NCBI GenBank assembly: GCA_963719225.1
Contig: CAVRAY010000001.1
Span: forward strand, 2,240,001 to 2,304,000
DNA: 64,000 nucleotides
Direction of reading: 5' to 3'
DNA from: Thermoanaerobaculia bacterium
Lineage (GTDB): Bacteria > Acidobacteriota > Thermoanaerobaculia > UBA5066
The notes below the pieces were generated by a model, which was not told where the DNA came from, searched no databases, and saw nothing but the letters and a program-made list of their open reading frames with translations. Below are positions 19,809 through 29,520 of this stretch, in pieces (the stretch's first letter is position 1; the number at the start of each line of letters is the position of its first letter). Position numbers and translations under genes: made by a program.

Positions 19809-21635
19809 TTGGCTTATCGTGCGCCGGTGGACCGGAAGGCGCTCGTGTTTTCCCTGGCGATGGTGGCCGCCGTCTTCGTCGCCTATCTCCCCGCCCTCGA
19901 TGCGGGTTTCGTCTGGAACGACGACACGTACCTGACGGAAAACCGCACGCTCGACGCTCCCGACGGACTCCATCTGATCTGGACCGAGCCGAAGGCCAGC
20001 GAGCAGTACTACCCCATGGTCTTCACCTCGTTCTGGATCGAGAAGCGCCTCTGGTCGCTCCATCCGCTCGGCTATCACCTCGTCAACGTCCTTCTGCATG
20101 CCGGATCGGCTCTGCTGCTCTGGTGGCTCCTGCTTCGTCTCAGCCTGCCCGGCGCCTGGCTCGCCGCCGCCGTTTTCGCCCTGCACCCGGTGTGCGCCGA
20201 ATCCGTCGCCTGGGTCACCGAGCGCAAGAACACGCTCTCGCTGTTCCTGTCGCTCCTCGCGATGCACGCGTACCTGGCGTGGCGTGAAGAGAAGAAAGAA
20301 GAGAAGACCGAAGATTTTCTTAGAAAGGGTAAGAGGGGACGGGCGGCACAGCGCTCACCCGCGGCGCGGCCCTCATTCGCTGCGCGGCGCCGATCCTCTT
20401 CCTTCATCGGATTCCTCGGGTTCCTTCTCTTCGTCCTCGCTCTCCTCGCGAAGACGACCGCCGTCGTCGTCCCGGCCGTTCTCCTCGTCCTCGTGTGGTT
20501 CCGGCGCGGCAGGGTCGCCGGGAGGGACGTTGGGCCGCTCGTCCCGTGGTTCGCGGCCGGCATCGCGCTCGCCCTCCACACCGCCTGGCTCGAGAGGACG
20601 ATGGTGCAGGCGGCCGGACGCGAGTGGGCGCTCTCACTCGCACAGCGGATCGTCCTCGCGGGCCGCGTCCTTCTCTTCTATTCGAAGAAACTCTTCTTTC
20701 CGACCGATCTCTCCTTCTTCTACGAGCGATGGACCGTCGACGCGCGCCGGCTCCTCCAGTGGCTCCCGGCGCTCGCGGCTCTCATCGTCCTCGTGCTCGC
20801 GTGGCGCTTCCGCGCGCGCCTCGGCCGCGGGCCTCTCGCGTCCCTCCTCCTCTTCGGAGGCGTCCTCTTTCCCACGATGGGATTCTTCAACGTCTACGCG
20901 ATGCGCTATTCGTGGGTCGCGGATCACTTCGCCTATCAGGCCGCCGCCGTCCTCGCGGCCTGCGTCACGTGCGGGGCGGCCTCCTGGGTCGTTCTCCGAA
21001 ACCCGGCGGTGCGGCGGGCCTCGGCGGTCCTCGCCGTCGCGGTTCTCGCGGTCTTCGGAACGCTCACCTTTCGTCACAGCAGGAGCTTCCACGACCCCGA
21101 GACGCTCTGGAAGGACACGCTCGAACGAACCCCTTCCTGCTTCATGTGTCACACGAACTACGGCAACTGGCTCGTGGAGAACGGCCGCGAGGACGAGGCG
21201 GTCCTCCATTTCGAGAAGTCCCTGGCCCTCAAGGGGGACAACGTCCCCACGCTCCTCAATCTCGCGCGCATCGACGAAGGTCACGGCCGTCTGGACGCGG
21301 CGGCCGCCCGCCTTCGCGCGGCCGCGGCGATCGATCCCGCGGACACGGCGGTTCTGATCAACCTCGGGACCGTGAGCACGAAGGCGGGACGGCTGGACGA
21401 GGCCGTCGCGGCCTACGGAGAAGCCTTGCGGCTGGGCTCGTCCGAGGATTACCTCGCGCACAACGGCCTCGGTGTCGCGCTCATGCGGGGCGGGAGCCCG
21501 GGGAAGGCCGTGGAGCATTTTCGCGAGGCGCTCCGTCTCAGGCCCGACTACGAGTACGCCCGCGCGAATCTCGAGCGCGCTCTCGCCGTTTCGGGTGGGC
21601 CCGTCGCCGGGACTCCGCGCCCGCCGGGACGGTAG
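19809..21635 (+). CDS. GT-C fold membrane glycosyltransferase (TMTC-like) with C-terminal TPR repeats; start uncertain (19809 or 19827)
   Basis: GFVWNDD, YYPM..TSFW.E, YHLVNVLLH, FALHPV.AESVAWVTERKN, LLAKT, ADHFAY; C-terminal TPRs. Confidence 0.85.
   Translation: MAYRAPVDRKALVFSLAMVAAVFVAYLPALDAGFVWNDDTYLTENRTLDAPDGLHLIWTEPKASEQYYPMVFTSFWIEKRLWSLHPLGYHLVNVLLHAGSALLLWWLLLRLSLPGAWLAAAVFALHPVCAESVAWVTERKNTLSLFLSLLAMHAYLAWREEKKEEKTEDFLRKGKRGRAAQRSPAARPSFAARRRSSSFIGFLGFLLFVLALLAKTTAVVVPAVLLVLVWFRRGRVAGRDVGPLVPWFAAGIALALHTAWLERTMVQAAGREWALSLAQRIVLAGRVLLFYSKKLFFPTDLSFFYERWTVDARRLLQWLPALAALIVLVLAWRFRARLGRGPLASLLLFGGVLFPTMGFFNVYAMRYSWVADHFAYQAAAVLAACVTCGAASWVVLRNPAVRRASAVLAVAVLAVFGTLTFRHSRSFHDPETLWKDTLERTPSCFMCHTNYGNWLVENGREDEAVLHFEKSLALKGDNVPTLLNLARIDEGHGRLDAAAARLRAAAAIDPADTAVLINLGTVSTKAGRLDEAVAAYGEALRLGSSEDYLAHNGLGVALMRGGSPGKAVEHFREALRLRPDYEYARANLERALAVSGGPVAGTPRPPGR
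20285..20700. repeat. Outward-facing pair of TTC[T/G]AAGAA motifs inside the GT-C/TPR gene
   Basis: TTCTTAGAA at 20317-20325 and TTCGAAGAA at 20681-20689, both with pyrimidine-tract flanks on the motif strand. Confidence 0.65.
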
Positions 21636-21642
21636 AGATGCA

Positions 21643-24030
21643 TCACGAGGAGAGTCGTCGCACCTTCGGATAGTTCATCTTCCGGATCAGGTCGCCGAAA
21701 CGGGGGTCTCCCCGGAACGCGTCGAAGAGCGGGTTGACGTTCAGCTCGTCCATGATCCAGGCTCTGTCCTCGAATGAGCGCTCGAGCCAGGCGAACGCGT
21801 TGTCCCGGTCTCCGAGGCCCGCATAGATGATCGCGATCTGCGTAGGCGGCAGGAACTGCGCCTTGCGCTTCTCGAGCAGCTTCGCGAGCACTTTTCGCGC
21901 CTCTTCCTTTCGTCCGGCGAGGCCGTACGTGAGTCCGAGCGCGAAGTTGGCGCCCGGATCCGGCACCTTGCGCGAAAGGAAGACCGCGATCGCCTCGTCG
22001 TAGCGCTTCAGCGTCGTGAGGGTGACGGCCAGCTCGAATTTCGCGAAGACCGAATCAGGCCGACCGGCGAGAACCTTCCGGAAATGCTGCACCGCCTCTT
22101 CGAGCCGGCGGGCGAACTGGAGGCGCACGCCGCTGTAGACGGCGACTTCCTCGGAGAGCGGGTCCAGCTCCTCGGCGATCCGCGCCTCCCGGATCGCTTC
22201 TTCGTGGCGGGAGAGGATGGACATGAGGTACGAGGCCTCCGTATGGACGGCGGCCGAGCCGGGCGAAAGCTCGAGGGCTCGCCGCGTGTCCTGCTCGGCT
22301 CCGGCCCAGTCGAAGTCGCAAGAACGCCGAAGGCCCGCGAGAAGCGCGACGGCATCCCCCTGCTTTGGATCGAGCTGGATGGCGCGCTCCGCTTCGGCGC
22401 GCGCCTCCGCGCACGCTTCGGAAAGGGGCCGGTACCCCGCGAAGCCGCCCCACTGGAGCCCTTCGGCGAGGCGCGTGTGCGCGAGGGGGAACCCCGGGTC
22501 CGCCTCGACCGCCTTTCGGAAGAGCTCGACGCCCTTCTCGATCCCCTGGCGCTGCGTCAGCGACTGGGTGATCGCGTACGTGCCGAGGAGGACGAGCCTG
22601 TGCGCTTCCGGGTCGACCGGACGGCCCGCGCCCAGGCGCCCGGCTTCTTCCGGGCTCACGGCCACCCGCACCTCGCGCGCGATGGCCATCGCGACTTCGC
22701 TCTGGAGGGCGAGGACGTTTCGCGCGTCGCGCGTGTAGCTCTCGGCCCAGAGGTGCCGGTCCGAATCCGCATCGATGAGCTGCACCGTGATGCGCACGTT
22801 TCCGCCGTCCCTCAGCACGGAGCCCTCGACGACTCCCCGCACGCCGAGCGCACGTGCGATCTCGGGAAGCGATTTCGTGGCGTTCTTGTACGGCATCACG
22901 GACGTCCGCGAGATCACCTTCAGCGCCCGAATCCGCGAGAGCTCGGTGATCACGGCCTCGGTCATTCCGTCCGCGAAGTATTCCTGCTCGGGGTCCTTCG
23001 AGAGGTTCGCGAGCGGCAGGACCGCGAGGGAGTCGATCCGCGACCCCTTCGACCAGCGGCTCCGCAGCTTGCCGACGTCCGCGGCGAAGAGAAGAGCGAG
23101 CACGGCGATTGCTCCCGCGAGGGTCGCGGCGACCGGGAATCCGCGCGTGCGCGCCGCCGGCCGTGCGGCGGGCACGACGGTGGACATTCCGGTCTGCAGA
23201 CGCTCGAGGCCGGACTTCAGCTCCGCGGCCGTCGCATAGCGCATTTCCGGGTTCTTCCGCAGGCAGGTCCGGAGGATCTCCTTGAGGCCTTCCGAAGCCG
23301 GGGCTTTTCCGGAGAAATCCGGATCGGCGTGAAGGATCGCGTCCGTGAGGCGCGCCGGAACGTCTTCGCGGAAAGGCCGGCTCCCGGTCGCCATCTCGCA
23401 GAGCACGACTCCGGCGGCCCAGATGTCCGTCCGGCCGTCCACCCGCTCGGCGCGAAGCTGCTCGGGCGCCATGTACGGAAGCGTTCCGGCGACCTCTTTC
23501 TTCGTCGAGGTGAACGTCTCCATCGCCGAGGCCTCGCCCGCGGGTGTGAGCCTGAGCTTCGCGATTCCGAAGTCGAGGATCTTGAGGTCGCCGCCCTTCG
23601 TCAGCTTCAGGTTCGCCGGCTTGAGATCGCAATGGATGACGCCCTCGGCGTGCGCCGCCGCGAGGCCGTCGGCGAGCTGCGCGCCGAGCCGGAGCACTTC
23701 CCCTTCGAAGAGCGGCCCCTCACGAAGCCTGTCGGAGAGAGCGGCCCCTTCGACGAGCTCCATGACGAGCGCGTCGACTCCCCCGGCGTCGATCACGTCG
23801 TAGATGTGGGCCACGTTCCGGTGCTTGAGCTTCGCGAGGACGAGAGCTTCCTTGTGAAAACGCGCCCGCGCGGCCTCGTCCGAAAGGAGCGAAGACGAAA
23901 GCACCTTGATGGCGACCTCGCGTTGTAGCCGCGTGTCGCGCGCGCGGTAGACCTGGCCCATCCCGCCGGAGCCGAGGGGGCCCAGGATTTCGTACGGTCC
24001 CAGACGTGATCCCGGTTCCAGATCCGCCAC
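21643..24030 (-). CDS. Ser/Thr kinase + TM + TolB-N-like domain + TPR
   Basis: GSGGMG, VAIK, HCDLKPAN, DFG, YMAPEQ; SLAVLPLANLS..PEQEYFADGMT; TPRs. Confidence 0.92.
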   Translation of the reverse strand: MADLEPGSRLGPYEILGPLGSGGMGQVYRARDTRLQREVAIKVLSSSLLSDEAARARFHKEALVLAKLKHRNVAHIYDVIDAGGVDALVMELVEGAALSDRLREGPLFEGEVLRLGAQLADGLAAAHAEGVIHCDLKPANLKLTKGGDLKILDFGIAKLRLTPAGEASAMETFTSTKKEVAGTLPYMAPEQLRAERVDGRTDIWAAGVVLCEMATGSRPFREDVPARLTDAILHADPDFSGKAPASEGLKEILRTCLRKNPEMRYATAAELKSGLERLQTGMSTVVPAARPAARTRGFPVAATLAGAIAVLALLFAADVGKLRSRWSKGSRIDSLAVLPLANLSKDPEQEYFADGMTEAVITELSRIRALKVISRTSVMPYKNATKSLPEIARALGVRGVVEGSVLRDGGNVRITVQLIDADSDRHLWAESYTRDARNVLALQSEVAMAIAREVRVAVSPEEAGRLGAGRPVDPEAHRLVLLGTYAITQSLTQRQGIEKGVELFRKAVEADPGFPLAHTRLAEGLQWGGFAGYRPLSEACAEARAEAERAIQLDPKQGDAVALLAGLRRSCDFDWAGAEQDTRRALELSPGSAAVHTEASYLMSILSRHEEAIREARIAEELDPLSEEVAVYSGVRLQFARRLEEAVQHFRKVLAGRPDSVFAKFELAVTLTTLKRYDEAIAVFLSRKVPDPGANFALGLTYGLAGRKEEARKVLAKLLEKRKAQFLPPTQIAIIYAGLGDRDNAFAWLERSFEDRAWIMDELNVNPLFDAFRGDPRFGDLIRKMNYPKVRRLSS

Positions 24031-24114
24031 GCCCCGCTCCCTTACCCGCTCGTCGAGGGCGGTTTCAGTATAGGGCGCTCCCCATCACCGTCGGATTATC
24101 GCCACCGTCGTCGG

Positions 24115-24813
24115 TCACCTGGGCGTGAACTGCGAGAGCTCGTGGATCCCGAGCTGTCTCTCGAGCACCGCGACTTGCTCGACCGTCTTCTCGAATCCCT
24201 CGTCGCCGAAGAGGCGGTCCTCTTCCTTCTCGAACTGGTCGCCCAGCTCCTCGAGCCGCTTGGCTGAAAGGATCCGGTGGAGCTCGGGGAAGAGCACGGT
24301 GTCTTCGCGAGCCTCGTGCGGCCGGTACATGCGAATGAACGCGCGACACGCCGCCGCCAGCTCCTTGCGCGCGGCCTCCTTGCGGAATCGATCCGGCACG
24401 GCGTTTCGCAGCACGACGTCCGTGACCCTACGGCCGGCCTCGTGCTGCTCGCGCAGGACCTTCACGAGATCCAGGAGCTTCTTCCTCTTCTCGAACTCCG
24501 GAAAGATGAAATTCTCCTCGAGCCTCTCGTGGTAGTCCTCGACGAACTTCCGCACGAGGAGAGCGGGCTTGTGAAAGACGTCGGGCGTGAGGTCGCTTTC
24601 CTTCCGCCGCAGCCCCTCCTCGAAGATGAGGAGAATTCGGTTCAGAGCCCCGTGCTCGCGCATGAGATCCTCGGCGGCCGAGACCTCCTCCTTCTGCTCA
24701 TCTTTCTTCTTCTCATCGTTCTTCTGATCCGCCCGCGCACCGGCCGGGAGGACGAGCTGCCCGAGGCCGAGCACGGCCGTGGCGGCGAGAAAACGTCGGC
24801 GGTCGTCGTTCAT
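24115..24813 (-). CDS. Hemerythrin/HHE domain protein with twin-arginine signal
   Basis: DRRRFL signal; EDLMREHG, EDYHE.LEE..IFP, QHEAGR, HEAREDTVLFP. Confidence 0.85.
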   Translation of the reverse strand: MNDDRRRFLAATAVLGLGQLVLPAGARADQKNDEKKKDEQKEEVSAAEDLMREHGALNRILLIFEEGLRRKESDLTPDVFHKPALLVRKFVEDYHERLEENFIFPEFEKRKKLLDLVKVLREQHEAGRRVTDVVLRNAVPDRFRKEAARKELAAACRAFIRMYRPHEAREDTVLFPELHRILSAKRLEELGDQFEKEEDRLFGDEGFEKTVEQVAVLERQLGIHELSQFTPR

Positions 24814-24920
24814 GAAGGTTTTTGGCTGCAATCGATGCGCCAGGGCGATACCTGCACGGTTTACAGATCGCCGCCGATTCCCTCGAGGGTGCATGATCTC
24901 AGCCGCTTGGAGGGCTCCGG

Positions 24921-25379
24921 ATGTTCGAAATGCGACCGATCGGGCGCGTGAAGAGCGCGTTCCAGGACACGCGGGAGATCCCCAAGGGATGCGGAGCGAA
25001 GCACGAGGCCGACGGCGTGATCGAGATCGATCCCGAGCTCGAGCCGGGGCTCACCGACATCGAAGGCTTCTCCCACCTCTTCGTCATCTGGGTCTTCGAT
25101 CGCTCGGGAGGCCCGGAGCTCCTCGCTTCGCCTCCGAGCGACGACCGGCCGCACGGCGTCTTCGCGACGCGATCTCCGCAACGTCCGAACCCGATCGGCC
25201 TCACCGTCGTCGAGCTGCTCGGCCGCGACGGCCCGCGACTGCACGTCCGTGGCGTGGACATGCTCGACGGCACGCCGGTCCTCGATCTCAAGCCCTATCT
25301 GTCGAGCATCCCCCAGGAGGCGCTGCGGCGCGGCTGGCTGGCGGAGGCGGAAGCGCGGAATCGCGCGCGGAACGGTTGA
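24921..25379 (+). CDS. tsaA: tRNA (t6A37) N6-methyltransferase TrmO/TsaA family
   Basis: RPIGRV.S, FSHL.VIW.F, GVFATRSP.RPNPIGLT, VDMLDGTPVLDLKPY. Confidence 0.9.
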   Translation: MFEMRPIGRVKSAFQDTREIPKGCGAKHEADGVIEIDPELEPGLTDIEGFSHLFVIWVFDRSGGPELLASPPSDDRPHGVFATRSPQRPNPIGLTVVELLGRDGPRLHVRGVDMLDGTPVLDLKPYLSSIPQEALRRGWLAEAEARNRARNG

Positions 25380-25394
25380 CGGCTGCGCGTTCGC

Positions 25395-26219
25395 TCACGC
25401 AACGGGCGCCGCGCGGCACCGCTGCAGGAGCCGCTCGTCCTTCAGGCGCTCCGCCCACGCCGGGAAATCGTTCGTGGGGCCGCGCCACATGAGCGCGTCC
25501 ACGTCGCGGAAGAGAGGCGCGTCGGTCCGGAGCGTCGCCAGATTCTTGAAGAGAAGCGCCAGGTCGCACTCGTCCCCGAGGAGGGATTGCGGGAAGCTCT
25601 CGATCGGACCATACCGGTTCAGAATTCGTGCCGCGCCGACCCGGCCGATCCCGCGAATGCCGGAGTATCCGTCCGCGGCGTCGCCGACGAGGGCGAGAAA
25701 GTCGGGAATCAGGGCGGGCTCTACTCCGAACTTCTCGCGAACTCCGTCCGCATCGCGGATCTTCTGCCCCCGGCGATCCACCTGCACGACCCGCGTCCCG
25801 CGGACGCACTGCGCCAGGTCCTTGTCGGGCGTCCAGATGCAGACTTTCTCCACCTCTTCGCTTTCAGAGGCGATTCGCGCCGCGGAGGCGAGCGCGTCGT
25901 CCGCTTCCAGCTCGATCATCGGCCAGACCGCCACTCCCATCGCGACGAGCGCCTCCTCGAGCGGATGGAATTGCGCGAGGAGCGCCTTCTCGATCCCTTC
26001 CCCCGTCTTGTAGCCGGGCCAGAGCCCGTTCCGGAAGGATTCGATGACGTGGTCGGTCGCCACCCCGAGGTGCGTCGCTCCGGTCTCGATCATCTGCAGG
26101 ACGGTGTTCAGGACTCCGACCACCGCCCCGTAGGGCGGATCCTCACCCTCCGTGAAGCGCCGAAGGCCGTAGAAATGTCGGAACAGCTCGTACGTCCCGT
26201 CGACGAGGTGAACGATCAT
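25395..26219 (-). CDS. Stand-alone 5'-3' exonuclease / flap endonuclease (PolI N-terminal-like)
   Basis: VHLVDGTYELFR, FRN.L.PGYK, EADDALAS, TPDKDL.Q, LVGD.ADGY.GI.GIG helix-3-turn-helix. Confidence 0.9.
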   Translation of the reverse strand: MIVHLVDGTYELFRHFYGLRRFTEGEDPPYGAVVGVLNTVLQMIETGATHLGVATDHVIESFRNGLWPGYKTGEGIEKALLAQFHPLEEALVAMGVAVWPMIELEADDALASAARIASESEEVEKVCIWTPDKDLAQCVRGTRVVQVDRRGQKIRDADGVREKFGVEPALIPDFLALVGDAADGYSGIRGIGRVGAARILNRYGPIESFPQSLLGDECDLALLFKNLATLRTDAPLFRDVDALMWRGPTNDFPAWAERLKDERLLQRCRAAPVA

Positions 26220-26243
26220 GACTTCGATGCTAGCCTCGATCTC

Positions 26244-28145
26244 ATGGTGCGCCGCGTGATGCTCCTGCTCTCTTTCGTCTTCGCAATGGTGAGCGTCGCC
26301 GCGTGCCGGCCCTCGGCCTGGTTGAGGACCGCGGAGGAGCGCGGAGGCGCGGACACGCGCCTCGAAGCGCAAGTCGACGCCATTCTCACGCAGCAGCAGA
26401 AGGAGCAGCACATTCCCGGCCTGGCTTTTGCCGTCGTCAAGGACGACGAAGTGGTCTATCTCAAGGCCTTCGGGCTGCGTGACATCGAGCGGAATCTCCC
26501 GGCCACGGCCGACACCGTGTTTCCGATCGGCTCGTGCACCAAGGCATTCACGTCGATGGCGGCTGCCATCAGCCAGGACGAGGGGCTGCTGTCGCTCGAT
26601 GATCATCCTCGCCGGTTCTTGCCGTACTTCAAAATGGCCGATCCCGAGGCCGACGCTCGCGTGACCCTGAGGGACATGCTCAGCCACCGAACCGGGCTCA
26701 TGGCCAAAGCGGACCTCGCGGCCGAACCGGGCGTCCTGACCCGGGAGGAGTACGTGCGGGCCGCGACCTCGGCGAAACCGACCGCGAAGTTTCGCGCCGC
26801 GTTCCAGTACTCGAATGCCATGTTCTGCGCCGCGGGCGAGATCGTCGGCAAAGCGAACCGCTCCTCCTGGGAGGACGTCGTCGAGCGAAAGATCCTGAGG
26901 CCCCTCGGGATGACCTCGAGCCTCGTCTCGGCGCTGGACATGTCGGCCGCCATCGATCATGCGACCGGCTACGTCTTCGTCGACGGGGAGAAGAAGTGGC
27001 TCTCGGTGCCTCCCCCGCGCAGCCTCGCCGCGCTCGCGCCCGCCGGCAGCATCGCTTCGTCGGCTCGCGACCTGATCCGGTGGGTGCGCATGCTCAGCAA
27101 TGGCGGCCGCATCGGTGCCAGGCGAATCGTCTCCGAGGCCGCGCTGAGCGAGGTCGTGAGCGGGCAGGTCCCGATCAATTCCGCGCTGTCCTACGCCCTT
27201 GGGTGGGTAACCTACGAATGGAACGGTCTGTGCGTGGTCGAACACAATGGCGGGTCGCGGGGAATCAGCGCGCTCGTCAGCTTCATCCCCGGCCGCCGGG
27301 TCGGCTTCGTCTTCCTCGCCAACACGTCACCCAACTTCATGACCACGATCGGCAATGCCGGAAAGCTCCTCTGGCCTCTGATCATCGACAGCACGCCCAC
27401 CACCCTCCCTTCGCCCGCGACGAGCGCACGACAGCACCCCGCCCCAGGACCGGGTGCCGGGAAGAACCCGGCTGCGATAGCTGTGGAGCTCCCGACCGCC
27501 GACGCTCTCGTTCAACGCATGATCGCTGCGCTCGGAGGCGAGCGGATCCTTCGCGGACATACGTCTCTCGAAATCAACGCCGTGAAGGCATACGAGAACC
27601 AGGGTGTCACCGCCGACTACGTCCTCCGGGCTAAAGCCCCCGACCAACATGTCGAAGAGGAAGTGTGGACCGCCGCGGGCCGCGAGATCGGTCGGCTCCG
27701 GGTGTACTTCGATGGACACAGCGGCGGTCAGGAGACGACCTTCGGACAGGATGCGACGAATGATGATTCCGGCAACGATCGTGCTCGACGGGACTATCAC
27801 CTGCACCCGCTTCTCGCTCTTTCCGGCCTCTACAAGGAAGTCCGCGTCCTCGACCGCGTGAAAGTCGGAGCCGCACATGCATACCTGATGGAGCTCGTCC
27901 CCGCAGGCGGGCCGCCCGCGCGACTCTACGTGTCAGAACGCTCCGCGCTCGTCCTTCGGCGGGAGGTTGACGGACACTCCGAGACGTTCGACGACTACCG
28001 GGCCGTCGACGGCGAGCTCCTCCCTTTCCGCACCACCATTCACGACGAGCTCGGCGAGACGACGATCCAGGTCCGGGAAGCTCGCCTCAACCCGACGATT
28101 CCCGGCGCTGCTTTCGGAGCGTCGAAGACCATAGGCGACAACTAG
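26244..28145 (+). CDS. Secreted serine hydrolase (beta-lactamase class C-like) with extra C-terminal domain
   Basis: Signal/lipobox-like N-terminus; IGSCTK (SxxK), LSHRTG, QYSN (YxN), EHNGG. Confidence 0.88.
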   Translation: MVRRVMLLLSFVFAMVSVAACRPSAWLRTAEERGGADTRLEAQVDAILTQQQKEQHIPGLAFAVVKDDEVVYLKAFGLRDIERNLPATADTVFPIGSCTKAFTSMAAAISQDEGLLSLDDHPRRFLPYFKMADPEADARVTLRDMLSHRTGLMAKADLAAEPGVLTREEYVRAATSAKPTAKFRAAFQYSNAMFCAAGEIVGKANRSSWEDVVERKILRPLGMTSSLVSALDMSAAIDHATGYVFVDGEKKWLSVPPPRSLAALAPAGSIASSARDLIRWVRMLSNGGRIGARRIVSEAALSEVVSGQVPINSALSYALGWVTYEWNGLCVVEHNGGSRGISALVSFIPGRRVGFVFLANTSPNFMTTIGNAGKLLWPLIIDSTPTTLPSPATSARQHPAPGPGAGKNPAAIAVELPTADALVQRMIAALGGERILRGHTSLEINAVKAYENQGVTADYVLRAKAPDQHVEEEVWTAAGREIGRLRVYFDGHSGGQETTFGQDATNDDSGNDRARRDYHLHPLLALSGLYKEVRVLDRVKVGAAHAYLMELVPAGGPPARLYVSERSALVLRREVDGHSETFDDYRAVDGELLPFRTTIHDELGETTIQVREARLNPTIPGAAFGASKTIGDN

Positions 28146-28203
28146 ATGAGCCCATTCACGAACTCTCGGACACTGGTTACGAGGGCATGCCACCGGACGC
28201 GCT

Positions 28204-29451
28204 TCAGGCTTCTTTCCGGATCGGGTCGGAAGGCGCCTTCTCGCGTTGCGCGAGGAGGATGAACGGCACGGAAAGCAGCTCGAGACCCGCTCCGACGACG
28301 TACGAGATGGAGTACCCCCACACGTCAGCCACCTTGCCGAGCGCCGGCTGGAAAACGACGCCTCCCGACGAACTCATGAGATTGTCGGTCGAGAGGACCG
28401 TGGCGCGCTCCCCCGACGGGATGAGATCGTTGATGAAGGCCTCGCGAACGGGCATCGTGGCGGCGAAGACCATGGCCCAGACGGCGAGAAGGGCGAGCGC
28501 GACCCAGAAACTCGGGGCCAGGCCGATGAGCGCCAGGGCGGCGGTGCTGAGAACCGAGCCGACGAAGAGGAGAGACGTTCTTTTCCGGAAGATCCGGGCC
28601 ACGTGCGGGACGATGATGCCGCCGATGATCTGCGTGCCGGCGACGATCGAGGCCGCCAGGCCGGCGATCGCGTAGGACTCTTTCTTGCCGTAGAGCTCGA
28701 GGAGGTAGGGCTGCATGGCGTAGAACGCGTAGATGCCGACTCCGCCGGCGAACAGGCCGCCGAGCATCAGCCAGCGGACGGGGGCATTTCGGAACCCGTG
28801 GTCCAGCGACGATTTCAGGATCCTCCGCATCTCCAGCGCCATCGCGCCCCTCTCGAGGGGAGTGAATCCGACGTCTCGCATCGAGAGGAATGCGACGAGG
28901 AACGTGAGCCCGAGCATCGCCGCCCGCAAGATGTAAGGCACGCCCAGATTCGTGGCCTGCGCGATCGCGCCGCCCGCCAGGGTGCCGGTCAGCATCGCGA
29001 CACCGCCCGCGATCTGGCCTTTCGCGAAGGCGGACTCCAGCGTGCCCGAATACCGGGCGAACTTCAGGCCGTCGACGAGCCAGGCTTCGGTCGCGCCGGA
29101 GAAGAACGTGAAACCGAGCCCGAGCAGAATGGAAGTGACGGCCCAGGCCCAGAACGGACCGTGGACGCGCCACATCAACAGGTACAGCAGAGTCGAAACG
29201 AAAAGCGTAGCGGAGCCGAGGAGATACGACGTTCTTCGCCCGAACGTGTCCGCCACGACGCCGGTCGGCACCTCGAAGAGCACCTCACCGAGCGTGAAGA
29301 AGGCGTTCGCTGCGAAGGCCTGGGTGATCGTCAGTCCCGCATCGAGAAGGAAGAGCGTGTTGATGCCCCAGATGAAGGAGGAGGCGAACGTCGAGAGGAG
29401 CGTCAGCGTGACGTAAGTTCTGAGGATCCGGTGCGAGTCGGCGGCCGCCAC
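28204..29451 (-). CDS. MFS transporter
   Basis: EVPTGVVADTFGRRTS motif A; about 12 TM helices. Confidence 0.9.
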   Translation of the reverse strand: MAAADSHRILRTYVTLTLLSTFASSFIWGINTLFLLDAGLTITQAFAANAFFTLGEVLFEVPTGVVADTFGRRTSYLLGSATLFVSTLLYLLMWRVHGPFWAWAVTSILLGLGFTFFSGATEAWLVDGLKFARYSGTLESAFAKGQIAGGVAMLTGTLAGGAIAQATNLGVPYILRAAMLGLTFLVAFLSMRDVGFTPLERGAMALEMRRILKSSLDHGFRNAPVRWLMLGGLFAGGVGIYAFYAMQPYLLELYGKKESYAIAGLAASIVAGTQIIGGIIVPHVARIFRKRTSLLFVGSVLSTAALALIGLAPSFWVALALLAVWAMVFAATMPVREAFINDLIPSGERATVLSTDNLMSSSGGVVFQPALGKVADVWGYSISYVVGAGLELLSVPFILLAQREKAPSDPIRKEA

Positions 29452-29520
29452 GGCCGCGGATTAGAGCATCTTGCCCCGATCAGGATCTCCCCGGAGTCCG
29501 GCTCGTTGTAGCCTTGCGGC

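Noticed and set aside
23695-23715. Partial motif-like hits (TTCGAAGAG near 23704; CTCGAAGAA near 40222 and 49983)
   Set aside because: One-mismatch cores explicable by ordinary Phe/Leu-Glu codons; not counted as motif copies.
24690-24730. Pyrimidine-rich tract in the hemerythrin gene
   Set aside because: Explained by a Lys/Glu/Asp-rich linker (QKNDEKKKDEQKEE) and lacks the TTC-N3-GAA core.
25395-28145. Long mutually overlapping ORFs 25395-27245(-) and 25587-28145(+)
   Set aside because: Resolved as two divergent genes starting at 26219 and 26244; the extensions are antisense shadows.
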